Positions 9,102 through 17,826 of a stretch of DNA of 47,685 nt are shown one piece after another. The notes beneath the pieces are model-generated. The model was given only the letters and a program-made list of their open reading frames with translations. It was not told where the DNA came from and ran no database searches. This DNA comes from a virus (taxonomy: Duplodnaviria > Heunggongvirae > Uroviricota > Caudoviricetes): IMG/VR virus record IMGVR_UViG_2513237200_000007; one strand, 5' to 3'. The first letter of the stretch is position 1. Every line of letters starts with the position of its first letter. Both the position numbers and the translations under genes were made by a program.

Positions 9102-9621
9102 AACCCACTGGATTATTTTTATGAAAGAGGCATCCAGTGAGTAGATTCGTAAGGCTACAGATACGTATATCTGAATAATTAAATTCAGTTCTGTAAATAA
9201 AATTTAATCCTTAACCGGATGGATTTCTGCACCCTCAGAACATCAGGAGGCCGCCCGAAAGGGCGGTAGTGAAATGCGAAAGTTCAAAATTATTATTGAA
9301 ACGGGAATAGCTGGTGGAGATTTTGAGGATGTATTCGAAGTGGACGATGACGCAACACCTGAGGAAATTCATGACGGAGCATAAGAAATTTTCTTTAACT
9401 ACTGCAATTACTCATACCACGAAATAAAAGACGATGAGGAAGAACAAAGTGGCTGATTTTTGTTCAGCTAAATATAACATCAGTTTTGAAGAGCGGGATG
9501 AACTATTAATGGACTATGGTGAGTTACGCGGTGGAAGTGCTGCTGATGTCGAATCCTAGCGTGATGACTATGAAGCGGGAAAAACTCCGGTCGAAGCATA
9601 TTGTGATGAGTGGGGCGATGA

Positions 9622-9909
9622 ATGAGCGAGATTAATTATCAGGAAGGGCATGAAACGGCGGGGCAAGCAAAACCAGTGGCATGGCGATATCGCTACGTGA
9701 AAAAAGGCGTTACGGACTTTCAGGGGAAGTAGTGGTCTGGTGACTGGAAATATGTACCGAAAAAAGAGGATTGTAACGACAGGCCGAACTATCAAATTCA
9801 GGCCTTATTCACTGCCTCACCAGTCCCAGTTACATCAGAAGAACTGGTTAAAGCTGTGCACTTTTATGAACAACTAAAACGCGAAAATCCACCAACATCC
9901 GGCAACTAG
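9622..9909 (+). pseudogene. small ORF interrupted by a single in-frame amber codon (TAG 9730-9732)
   Basis: MSEINYQEGHETAGQAKPVAWRYRYVKKGVTDFQGK-TAG-WSGDWKYVPKKEDCNDRPNYQIQALFTASPVPVTSEELVKAVHFYEQLKRENPPTSGN; 36 codons, stop, then 58 open codons in the same frame. Confidence 0.3.
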
Positions 9910-10163
9910 ATTAATGGATTAACTATGTCGGTTAAACGACCAGCCAACTGAAAAAGCGGAAACCTGATTACAGGTTGCCAGATAAGGCAATGAGCTACCT
10001 GGCGCGGAACGGACTGATAAGTATGGGGAATGTTTTACGATGAACCTTTAGACTAAAGAGTTTGTAACGCTATGTAAGTGATTTTTTCTGGTTTAGATAT
10101 TTATATGTCCGGCCAAATTGAGGTGTGTTTAAATGTAATTGCACATTGATTGTAGGAGGAATA

Positions 10164-10343
10164 ATGAAAAACGCATTGCAGTTTTTGTTTGTTGCGTTCT
10201 GGTTGTTCGCATCATGTATGCCCATCATCTTCACAGCAAGGTATATGGAAAAAGTTGATGTTTTGATATTAATATTTGGATATATAAATGCCCTTTTTTT
10301 AGGGGTGTTCATGGCGGTCATGTGCATTGAATACTGGCGGTAA
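10164..10343 (+). CDS. small predicted membrane protein (59 aa, two hydrophobic segments)
   Basis: MKNALQFLFVAFWLFASCMPIIFTARYMEKVDVLILIFGYINALFLGVFMAVMCIEYWR; strong SD AGGAGGA 4 nt upstream of ATG 10164. Confidence 0.45.
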   Translation: MKNALQFLFVAFWLFASCMPIIFTARYMEKVDVLILIFGYINALFLGVFMAVMCIEYWR

Positions 10344-10599
10344 ATACAGCGAACTCCATTGGTTTAGTTGGATATTTACTGTGCTGGACAAAAACGGTTT
10401 GCGGGGAAATCTTAGTTAAGTAGAATGACTGCGGGTGCTTGAGGCTATCTGCCTCGGGCATGGACACCAACGGCAGATAGAGAAAAGCCCCAGTTAACAT
10501 TACGCGTCCTGCAAGACGCTTAACATTAATCTGAGGCCAATTTCATGCTAGACACATGTAGGTTAGCCTCTTACGTGCCGAAAGGCACGGAGAAGCAGG

Positions 10600-12050
10600 C
10601 TATTGTTAACACCAAGCTGTAATGTCCCCTTTGAACCATTCTAAAATGTCCCCAGACAATTCTCTCGTGGATTTTTCATGATCAAAGAGACTGTTACGAT
10701 GAGTCATAAGGAACTCCACCGACTTCAGATTATTCAGGAACAAGCTGCGGCACGCATTGGCATTTCTATTCGGCAGGTTAAACGTCTGGTGCAACGGTAT
10801 AGAAATGAAGGGCCTTCTGGTCTGGTTTCCCACCGACGTGGAAAGCGTCCTAATAATTCCTTTTCTACTGAATTCAGAGCAACAGTAATTTCACTCCTCA
10901 AAGGCCGTTACGCTGATTTTGGACCTACGTTTGCGTGCGAAAAATTGCGCGAGATACACGGTTTATCTTTATCCGTTGAAACTCTCAGAAAGTGGATGAT
11001 AGAAGAGGGGTTATGGCGTGAACGCCGTCGTAAAATTGCCCGTATATATCAACGCCGCATGCGACGACCATCTTACGGTGAACTGATCCAGATTGATGGC
11101 TCACCTCATGACTGGTTTGAAAATCGAGGCCCCAGATGTACACTGATCGTTTTCATTGATGATGCCACCAGTGCGTTGATGGCGTTGCGTTTTGTGCCTG
11201 CTGAAACAACCCGGGCTTACATGGAAACCCTCCGGGGTTACCTTAATGATCATGGCGTACCGCTCGCTCTCTACTCTGATAGACACAGTATATTCAGGGT
11301 AAATAACCCAGAGCGGGAAGGTGAGCTGACCCAGTTCACTCGTGCGATAAAGACACTGGGCATCGAGCCAATCCATGCCAACAGCCCGCAGGCAAAAGGG
11401 CGGGTAGAGCGCGCCAATCAGACACTACAGGACAGGCTGGTCAAAGAAATGCGGCTTCAGAATATCAGTGATATTGAAACAGCAAATGCATGGTTGCCGA
11501 CCTTTATTGAAGCCTATAACAACCGGTTCGCTACGTCGCCTCGTACTACTGATAATGCTCATCTTGATGTGCACCATTCTGAAGAGGAACTGGGTTATAT
11601 CTTCAGCCTACAGGCGAAGCGCGTTCTGTCTAAAAATCTCACTTTCCAGTACAAAAGCAGTGCGTTTCAGGTACGCAGTGAGGGCCGGGGATATCGACTT
11701 AGGCATTCGGTTGTTACTGTATGCGAGAACTTTGACGGTGAAATTAACGTTCTGTATGACGGGAAAGCGCTGGGCTGGGAAAAGTATGTTGATGGCCCGG
11801 AGCCTATACCACTGGATGATGAAAAGAGTGTCCATGAACGAGTGGATAATGCCCGTATTGATTTACGCTCAAAATACTATGTTAAACCTAAAGCTGACCA
11901 TCCCTGGCTTACGCGCCGAACGCAAAGTCATCAGCAAGTTAAGCCCCCGAAGTTACCTAAAAAGAAGCCTGATCCCGATAAAAAAGATTGAAACCAAGAT
12001 CGATTCGGTTGAGTGCATATCCATTCATAGGGTAGATTCTTAAGTCGCGT
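10600..12050 (+). mobile_element. insertion sequence carrying an rve-type DDE transposase (IS481/ISNCY-like); ends not resolved
   Basis: Single transposase ORF with flanking non-coding sequence, lying where K-12 Qin has only pseudogenes; I could not identify terminal inverted repeats by eye, so coordinates are approximate. Confidence 0.35.
10678..11991 (+). CDS. DDE transposase with N-terminal HTH and retroviral-integrase-like (rve) catalytic core
   Basis: 437 aa; N-terminal HTH (HRLQIIQEQAAARIGISIRQVKRLVQRY), catalytic D (IQIDGSPHDWF), D (YSDRHSIF), E (KGRVERANQTLQDRL). Possible alternative start at MSHKEL (10699). Confidence 0.8.
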   Translation: MIKETVTMSHKELHRLQIIQEQAAARIGISIRQVKRLVQRYRNEGPSGLVSHRRGKRPNNSFSTEFRATVISLLKGRYADFGPTFACEKLREIHGLSLSVETLRKWMIEEGLWRERRRKIARIYQRRMRRPSYGELIQIDGSPHDWFENRGPRCTLIVFIDDATSALMALRFVPAETTRAYMETLRGYLNDHGVPLALYSDRHSIFRVNNPEREGELTQFTRAIKTLGIEPIHANSPQAKGRVERANQTLQDRLVKEMRLQNISDIETANAWLPTFIEAYNNRFATSPRTTDNAHLDVHHSEEELGYIFSLQAKRVLSKNLTFQYKSSAFQVRSEGRGYRLRHSVVTVCENFDGEINVLYDGKALGWEKYVDGPEPIPLDDEKSVHERVDNARIDLRSKYYVKPKADHPWLTRRTQSHQQVKPPKLPKKKPDPDKKD

Positions 12051-12427
12051 TTCTGGTGTTCATTTTCGGGTGGTTTGTTACTTGTTTTACCGGGGATATG
12101 CCAGAAACGCGCTGAGTCAGTCTGGGCGGTGCGCGTAATGAGGCGTTATGGTAAATAGCCTATGCTAATGTCCGCTAAGAGCAAGAAGCGGAAGTTGGCA
12201 GTTTTGTGGACTGTCCCCACAAAAGTGACTACAGAAATAGTTGCAATTCATAATTGATCATGGGTTGTCAGTTAAACTCGTGGCGATTTAAATAGACTAA
12301 TTGGGAGTGCGTCCATTACTTATATCTTGTAATGTTAACTATCAGAAATGATACAAAGATAATATGTCTTTAAAGAAAAGGCTGATGGCGAAAAGTGGCC
12401 CGATGAGGGCCACAATACGGCTGTCAC

Positions 12428-12760
12428 TTAGACGTAAATATCAATGGTGCCAGCGGTATTTGTATCGTCTTTTTTCTCTTCTTTTTTATCAGGCTGAACT
12501 GTCGCGTCTTCATTCTTTTTCTCTGCCTGCTGCCTTAACAACTGCTCCAGTTGAGCCCAGAGGCTTTCAATTTGCTTCTGTACCAATGCAGCCATTTCTT
12601 TTTTCTGCTGTGTCGTCATCCCCTCTTCCGATGAGATTTTCCCAAGCTTTTCAGTCAGCACCTGAATTTGTCTTGTGATTTTGGCTATTTCTGATGTTCC
12701 TTCCGGGGCGGAGTTGTTTGAAATAACGGTTGAGGTATTTCCCTGAATTGTGACAGACAT
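12428..12760 (-). CDS. flxA: FlxA-like protein (FliA-regulated)
   Basis: 110 aa, MSVTIQGNTSTVISNNSAPEGTSEIAKITRQIQVLTEKLGK..., recognised as FlxA; preceded by a sigma-28 consensus promoter. Confidence 0.85.
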   Translation of the reverse strand: MSVTIQGNTSTVISNNSAPEGTSEIAKITRQIQVLTEKLGKISSEEGMTTQQKKEMAALVQKQIESLWAQLEQLLRQQAEKKNEDATVQPDKKEEKKDDTNTAGTIDIYV

Positions 12761-12783
12761 AGATTTCTCCTTTTAAAAAAGCA

Positions 12784-12810
12784 CTATCGGCATGCACAAA
12801 AAAATCTTTA
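12784..12810 (-). promoter_or_regulatory. sigma-28 (FliA) promoter upstream of flxA
   Basis: Minus strand reads TAAAGATT-N11-GCCGATAG, against consensus TAAAGTTT-N11-GCCGATAA, about 25 nt upstream of the flxA ATG. Confidence 0.7.
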
Positions 12811-12962
12811 ATCGTATTTCTTGTGTCATTAATTGTTTGATGTTCAGATTGTTTTCCTCGCGGGCTGGCGCGCCTCAGAAAGTAAAGCTTGTTGACAGGG
12901 GTAAACGTTCGGCAATAATTTTCTGCCGCATGCGGGTGTTGCATAAAACGTGTTACGTTCCT

Positions 12963-13268
12963 TTATCGACAGGTCAGGTCACCGCTCACCCGCCGACGAG
13001 AAAGCAACACTGACATGCTAAAGCAAAAAATAGATGAATAAGTTGAGTTGTGCATATGTAGCCTGACCGTCACAAAGTATATGGTGTCTGTACCAGTAAG
13101 ATGATGGCCGGACTCTTTAAAAACGAGCTGACCTGCACAATACAGGATGGACTTAGCAATGGCTGCTCCTGGCACAAAGCGGACAGTGATCACCGTTCTT
13201 ACGACTACTTTCTGACTTCCTTCGTGACTTGCCCTAAGCATGTTGTAGTGCGATACTTGTAATGACAT
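12963..13268 (-). CDS. hypothetical ORF (YdfV-like by position and length)
   Basis: 101-aa ORF between relB promoter and flxA; composition is not convincingly protein-like; kept only because position and length match a gene annotated in Qin. Confidence 0.3.
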   Translation of the reverse strand: MSLQVSHYNMLRASHEGSQKVVVRTVITVRFVPGAAIAKSILYCAGQLVFKESGHHLTGTDTIYFVTVRLHMHNSTYSSIFCFSMSVLLSRRRVSGDLTCR

Positions 13269-13283
13269 TTGTAATTACAAGAG
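13229..13283 (+). promoter_or_regulatory. relB promoter with relO-like operator
   Basis: -35 TTGCCC (13229-13234), 17-nt spacer, -10 GATACT (13252-13257); operator-like inverted repeats CTTGTAATGACATTTGTAATTACAAG overlapping -10 and start site. Confidence 0.6.
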
Positions 13284-13292
13284 GTGTAAGAC

Positions 13293-13532
13293 ATGGGTAG
13301 CATTAACCTGCGTATTGACGATGAACTTAAAGCGCGTTCTTACGCCGCGCTTGAAAAAATGGGTGTAACTCCTTCTGAAGCGCTTCGTCTCATGCTCGAG
13401 TATATCGCTGACAATGAACGCTTGCCGTTCAAACAGACACTCCTGAGTGATGAAGATGCTGAACTTGTGGAGATAGTGAAAGAACGGCTTCGTAATCCTA
13501 AGCCAGTACGTGTGACGCTGGATGAACTCTGA
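13293..13532 (+). CDS. relB: RelB antitoxin
   Basis: 79 aa, MGSINLRIDDELKARSYAALEKMGVTPSEALRLMLEYIADNERLPF...; stop overlaps relE start. Confidence 0.9.
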   Translation: MGSINLRIDDELKARSYAALEKMGVTPSEALRLMLEYIADNERLPFKQTLLSDEDAELVEIVKERLRNPKPVRVTLDEL

Positions 13533-13819
13533 TGGCGTATTTTCTGGATTTTGACGAGCGGGCACTAAAGGAATGGCGAAAGCTGGGCTCGACGGTACGT
13601 GAACAGTTGAAAAAGAAGCTGGTTGAAGTACTTGAGTCACCCCGGATTGAAGCAAACAAGCTCCGTGGTATGCCTGATTGTTACAAGATTAAGCTCCGGT
13701 CTTCAGGCTATCGCCTTGTATACCAGGTTATAGACGAGAAAGTTGTCGTTTTCGTGATTTCTGTTGGGAAAAGAGAACGCTCGGAAGTATATAGCGAGGC
13801 GGTCAAACGCATTCTCTGA
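13532..13819 (+). CDS. relE: RelE mRNA interferase toxin
   Basis: 95 aa, MAYFLDFDERALKEWRKLGSTVREQLKKKLVEVLESPRIE...; ATGA overlap with relB. Confidence 0.9.
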   Translation: MAYFLDFDERALKEWRKLGSTVREQLKKKLVEVLESPRIEANKLRGMPDCYKIKLRSSGYRLVYQVIDEKVVVFVISVGKRERSEVYSEAVKRIL

Positions 13820-13890
13820 ACCAAAGCATGACATCTCTGTTTCGCACCGAAGGTGACACTTCTGCTTTGCGTTGACAGGAGAAGCAGGCT

Positions 13891-14046
13891 ATGAAGCAGC
13901 AAAAGGCGATGTTAATCGCCCTGATCGTCATCTGTTTAACCGTCATAGTGACGGCACTGGTAACGAGGAAAGACCTCTGCGAGGTACGAATCCGAACCGG
14001 CCAGACGGAGGTCGCTGTCTTCACAGCTTACGAACCTGAGGAGTAA
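13891..14046 (+). CDS. hokD: HokD (RelF) small membrane toxin, 51 aa (below ORF-track cutoff)
   Basis: Hand translation from ATG 13891: MKQQKAMLIALIVICLTVIVTALVTRKDLCEVRIRTGQTEVAVFTAYEPEE, stop TAA 14044-14046; Hok family features. Confidence 0.8.
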   Translation: MKQQKAMLIALIVICLTVIVTALVTRKDLCEVRIRTGQTEVAVFTAYEPEE

Positions 14047-14114
14047 GAGACCCGGCGGGGGAGAAATCCCTCGCCACCTCTGATGTGGCAGGCATCCTCA
14101 ACGCACCCGCACTT

Positions 14115-14140
14115 AACCCGCTTCGGCGGGTTTTTGTTTT
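14115..14140 (+). terminator. rho-independent terminator after relBE-hokD
   Basis: Hairpin CCCGC-TTCG-GCGGG followed by TTTTTGTTTTT. Confidence 0.6.
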
Positions 14141-14262
14141 TATTTTCAACGCGTTTGAAGTTCTGGACGGTGCCGGAATAGAATCAAAAATACTTAAGTA
14201 GCGCGCAGGGATAAGAGGGATGGTCCCTTAAAGGGGAGAGCTAATTATCCGGAAGGATTCTG

Positions 14263-14514
14263 ATGATGAACATCGAAGAACTGCGTAAAATTTTTTGTGA
14301 AGATGGCCTCTATGCTGTGTGCGTTGAAAATGGAAATCTTGTTAGTCATTACCGCATTATGTGTTTGCGAAAGAATGGGGCTGCGTTAATTAATTTTGTG
14401 GATGCTCGGGTCACGGACGGATTTATCTTGCGCGAAGGTGAGTTTGTCACTTCATTACAGGCATTGAAAGAGATCGGAATAAAAGCTGGCTTTTCTGCTT
14501 TTTCAGGAGAATAA
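14263..14514 (+). CDS. rem: Rem-like protein
   Basis: 83 aa, MMNIEELRKIFCEDGLYAVCVENGNLVSHYRIMCL...; position between hokD and ydfU as in Qin. Confidence 0.7.
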   Translation: MMNIEELRKIFCEDGLYAVCVENGNLVSHYRIMCLRKNGAALINFVDARVTDGFILREGEFVTSLQALKEIGIKAGFSAFSGE

Positions 14515-14580
14515 ACTCATCTACAATCTTGCGCGGGGCTGAACTCCCGCTGAGTAACACCGTGCCACCGGAGAAAACCG

Positions 14581-14859
14581 ATGGCACGCAACGCAAAATA
14601 TTACAATTCTGATAATTCGCCCGTTCTTGCCTGCACGCACGGGCGGTATTCTCACGCATTCAAGTCTGAATGGTTCCAGCACCCTCCATGCACTGCAGAA
14701 CAGGCCGAATGGCTGATTCATTCTTACCGCAGGCGCGGGTTCGAGGTTAAGAAAGCTCTCAGTCTCGACTATCGGCACTGGATAATCTCTGTCAGGCTGC
14801 CTTATTCCGAACGCCCACCACGTGCGTCCCGCACTTTCCAGCAACGGATCTGGAGGTAA
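14581..14859 (+). CDS. hypothetical protein (nin-region-like)
   Basis: 92-aa ORF with SD GGAG; its stop at 14857-14859 immediately precedes the ydfU GTG (14861). Confidence 0.4.
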   Translation: MARNAKYYNSDNSPVLACTHGRYSHAFKSEWFQHPPCTAEQAEWLIHSYRRRGFEVKKALSLDYRHWIISVRLPYSERPPRASRTFQQRIWR

Positions 14860-14860
14860 C

Positions 14861-15910
14861 GTGCGGGTATTACTTAGACCTGTTCTGGTGCCTGAGCTTG
14901 GGCTGGTGGTCCTTAAGCCGGGCCGTGAATCCATACAGATATTTCATAATCCTCGAGTGCTGGTGGAACCGGAACCAAAAAGCATGCGTAATCTGCCATC
15001 CGGAGTCGTTCCTGCCGTTCGCCAGCCGCTGGCGGAAGACAAAACATTGCTGCCGTTTTTTAGTAACGAACGGGTGATTCGTGCTGCTGGCGGCGTTGGC
15101 GCATTGTCCGACTGGCTATTACGTCATGTTACATCCTGCCAGTGGCCTAATGGCGATTACCATCACACTGAAACAGTCATTCACCGTTATGGTACCGGCG
15201 CAATGGTGTTGTGCTGGCACTGCGACAACCAACTGCGTGACCAGACATCGGAATCACTGGAGCTGCTTGCTCAACAAAATCTGACAGCATGGGTGATTGA
15301 CGTCATCCGTCACGCAATAAGCGGTACGCAGGAGCGGGAATTATCTTTGGCTGAATTATCCTGGTGGGCGGTCTGCAATCAGGTGGTGGATGCACTACCT
15401 GAGGCTGTATCGCGTCGTTCGCTGGGATTACCAGCGGAAAAAATCTGCTCGGTGTACCGCGAAAGCGACATCGTACCGGGAGAGCAGACCGCCACCAGCA
15501 TATTGAAACAACGCACAAAAAATCTTGCACCGTTGCCTTACGCCCACCAGCAACAAAAATCACCACAGGAAAAGACGGTGGTAAGCATCACCGTTGATCC
15601 AGAGTCTCCGGAATCTTTCATGAAGCTGCCTAAACGTCGCCGCTGGGTTAAGGAGAAATACACACGTTGGGTTAAGACACAGCCGTGTGCTTGCTGCGGT
15701 ATGCCAGCCGACGATCCGCATCATCTGATTGGTCACGGGCAGGGCGGAATGGGAACAAAAGCACATGATCTCTTTGTGTTGCCTTTGTGCAGAAAGCATC
15801 ACAACGAGCTGCATACGGATACAGTGGCATTTGAAGATAAGTATGGCTCCCAACTGGAGCTGATATTTCGTTTTATCGATCGCGCGCTGACAATTGGCGT
15901 ACTGGCGTAA
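14861..15910 (+). CDS. ydfU: YdfU-like protein (DUF968; HNH-like Cys/His motif)
   Basis: 349 aa from GTG 14861 with SD GGAGG 4 nt upstream; C-terminal CACCGMPADDPHHLIGHG...CRKHHNELH motif. Confidence 0.75.
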   Translation: MRVLLRPVLVPELGLVVLKPGRESIQIFHNPRVLVEPEPKSMRNLPSGVVPAVRQPLAEDKTLLPFFSNERVIRAAGGVGALSDWLLRHVTSCQWPNGDYHHTETVIHRYGTGAMVLCWHCDNQLRDQTSESLELLAQQNLTAWVIDVIRHAISGTQERELSLAELSWWAVCNQVVDALPEAVSRRSLGLPAEKICSVYRESDIVPGEQTATSILKQRTKNLAPLPYAHQQQKSPQEKTVVSITVDPESPESFMKLPKRRRWVKEKYTRWVKTQPCACCGMPADDPHHLIGHGQGGMGTKAHDLFVLPLCRKHHNELHTDTVAFEDKYGSQLELIFRFIDRALTIGVLA

Positions 15911-15923
15911 GTGGAGAACGAGC

Positions 15924-16676
15924 ATGAACCTTGAAGCCTTACCAAAATATTACTCCCCAAAATCTCCAAAATTGAGCGATGACGCTCCAGCGACAGGCAC
16001 CGGTTGTTTAACAATTACGGATGTAATGGCAGCGCAGGGGATGGTGCAGTCGAAAGCACCACTTGGGTTGGCCTTATTTCTGGCAAAAGTTGGTGTTCAG
16101 GACCCTCAGTTTGCGATTGAAGGCCTGCTAAATTACGCGATGGCACTGGATAACCCGACATTGAACAAATTGAGTGAAGAAATCCGGTTACAGATTATTC
16201 CTTACCTCGTGAGTTTTGCCTTTGCTGATTACTCCAGGTCTGCGGCAAGTAAGGCTCGCTGTGAGCATTGTTCAGGTACGGGATTTTATAATGTATTGCG
16301 CGAAGTGGTGAAACACTACAGACGCGGGGAATCTGTAATCAAGGAAGAATGGGTGAAGGAACTATGTCAGCATTGCCATGGTAAGGGCGAAGCCAGCACA
16401 GCGTGCAGAGGGTGTAAGGGTAAAGGGATTGTTCTGGATGAAAAAAGAACCCGGTTTCATGGCGTACCGGTATATAAGATTTGTGGGCGTTGTAATGGAA
16501 ACCGGTTTAGTCGTTTACCGACCACGCTGGCACGACGTCATGTCCAGAAGCTGGTACCAGACCTGACCGATTATCAGTGGTATAAGGGGTATGCGGACGT
16601 CATTGGTAAACTGGTAACAAAGTGCTGGCAGGAAGAAGCATACGCGGAAGCGCAATTGAGGAAGGTGACGAGATAA
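15924..16676 (+). CDS. quuQ: late-gene antiterminator Q-like protein
   Basis: 250 aa from MNLEALPKYYSPKSPK; CxxC...CxxC zinc-binding region (CEHCSGTGFY...CQHCHGKGE...CRGCKGKG); immediately followed by a late-promoter-like element and terminator. Confidence 0.8.
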   Translation: MNLEALPKYYSPKSPKLSDDAPATGTGCLTITDVMAAQGMVQSKAPLGLALFLAKVGVQDPQFAIEGLLNYAMALDNPTLNKLSEEIRLQIIPYLVSFAFADYSRSAASKARCEHCSGTGFYNVLREVVKHYRRGESVIKEEWVKELCQHCHGKGEASTACRGCKGKGIVLDEKRTRFHGVPVYKICGRCNGNRFSRLPTTLARRHVQKLVPDLTDYQWYKGYADVIGKLVTKCWQEEAYAEAQLRKVTR

Positions 16677-16707
16677 ATGATTTTTGCTGAAGATGGCGAC
16701 ATGATGT

Positions 16708-16736
16708 TTGCATTTTTCAAAAAATATGGATAAAAT
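16708..16736 (+). promoter_or_regulatory. pR'-like late promoter downstream of Q
   Basis: -35 TTGCAT (16708-16713), 17-nt spacer, -10 TAAAAT (16731-16736). Confidence 0.5.
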
Positions 16737-16782
16737 TTTTTCAACGATGGGCTTTGTATACCCGACGTTAAGAAAAAGTAGA

Positions 16783-16812
16783 AAACCCGCTGATGAGCGG
16801 GTTTTGTGCTTT
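16783..16812 (+). terminator. tR'-like intrinsic terminator of a short late leader transcript
   Basis: Hairpin AACCCGCT-GATG-AGCGGGTT followed by TTGTGCTTT, about 50 nt downstream of the predicted late-promoter start site. Confidence 0.5.
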
Positions 16813-17097
16813 AAATGGGGCAATGGTAATGTTGAATCTCATCCCGGGACTCATGTCTGTTAACTTATTATTTAGCTGGTGACTTGGTTATTTGCCTGAT
16901 GTTTAAAATGTTTTCTTCCAGTACAATGTCCCTAAACACAATGAGTCTGCTTATTATATTATTAGCAGAGCTATTACGGCCAAAGTACAGCATAAGCTTT
17001 TAAAGCCAATCAACCAGTCATCAAGACAGACGGGGTTATTCATAAAAACTCTCCATGTGTGATCCGATGGGGCCTGAAATTAAAGCTTTAATATAGC

Positions 17098-17310
17098 TCA
17101 TGAAAGGTAAACATTGGCAGCTGAAGGGCCACGCAGACCATTTATCCGGCAAAATTCCACGCGTAATCCGGTGGTAATTTCTTCTGCATCGCGGAGATTG
17201 AGCGCTGAAACATGAAGCTGGACATCGATACGACCATCGGATGGGGTGATAAGACCCTTGCCGCTTTTGCCGTCAAAGGTTTTGACAATTCCTGTCATTT
17301 TACGGGACAA
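17098..17310 (-). CDS. cspF: cold-shock-domain protein CspF-like
   Basis: 70 aa, [38 protein letters not shown]...; CSD fold motifs. Confidence 0.85.
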
Positions 17311-17610
17311 AAAAATTCCTTAATACTGATAACTTGGCGCACTATACACACGTTCCTGAAGAAAGCTATAGTTTTTTGATGGGGTTGAAGATGGCTGGAT
17401 GTCTAAAATAAACATTGCTTCATATGTTCAACTATGCGTTAATGATTGCGTCGGTTTGAAGAACAGACGATATACGAAGTAGTTTACTAAAGCAGTTCTC
17501 ATTTCAGGTGTTATTCACTTATTCCTTCTTTGAGTCTCTCCAATTAAGTACGAAGTCGTTTCTGTTATGCAAACCATTTATGCCGAAAGGCTCAAGTTAA
17601 GGAATGTAGA

Positions 17611-17826
17611 ATGTCAAATAAAATGACTGGTTTAGTAAAATGGTTTAACGCTGATAAAGGTTTCGGCTTTATTTCTCCTGTTGATGGTAGTAAAGATGTG
17701 TTTGTGCATTTTTCTGCGATTCAGAATGATAATTATCGAACCTTATTTGAAGGTCAAAAGGTTACCTTCTCTATAGAGAGTGGTGCTAAAGGTCCTGCAG
17801 CAGCAAATGTCATCATTACTGATTAA
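17611..17826 (+). CDS. cspB: cold-shock protein CspB-like
   Basis: 71 aa, [38 protein letters not shown]...; RNP1/RNP2 motifs; long 5' leader typical of csp genes. Confidence 0.9.
   Translation: MSNKMTGLVKWFNADKGFGFISPVDGSKDVFVHFSAIQNDNYRTLFEGQKVTFSIESGAKGPAAANVIITD

Noticed and set aside
10400-10620. Hairpin-rich segment considered as a possible structured ncRNA, tRNA or group II intron remnant
   Set aside because: No tRNA cloverleaf or intron domain V-like consensus could be recognised; most simply explained as the leader or end region of the adjacent IS; retained only as part of the IS finding.
14521-14934. 137-aa minus-strand ORF overlapping the 14581 ORF and the ydfU start
   Set aside because: It overlaps two better-supported plus-strand genes with SD and coupling signals; the product is Pro/Arg-rich with atypical composition.
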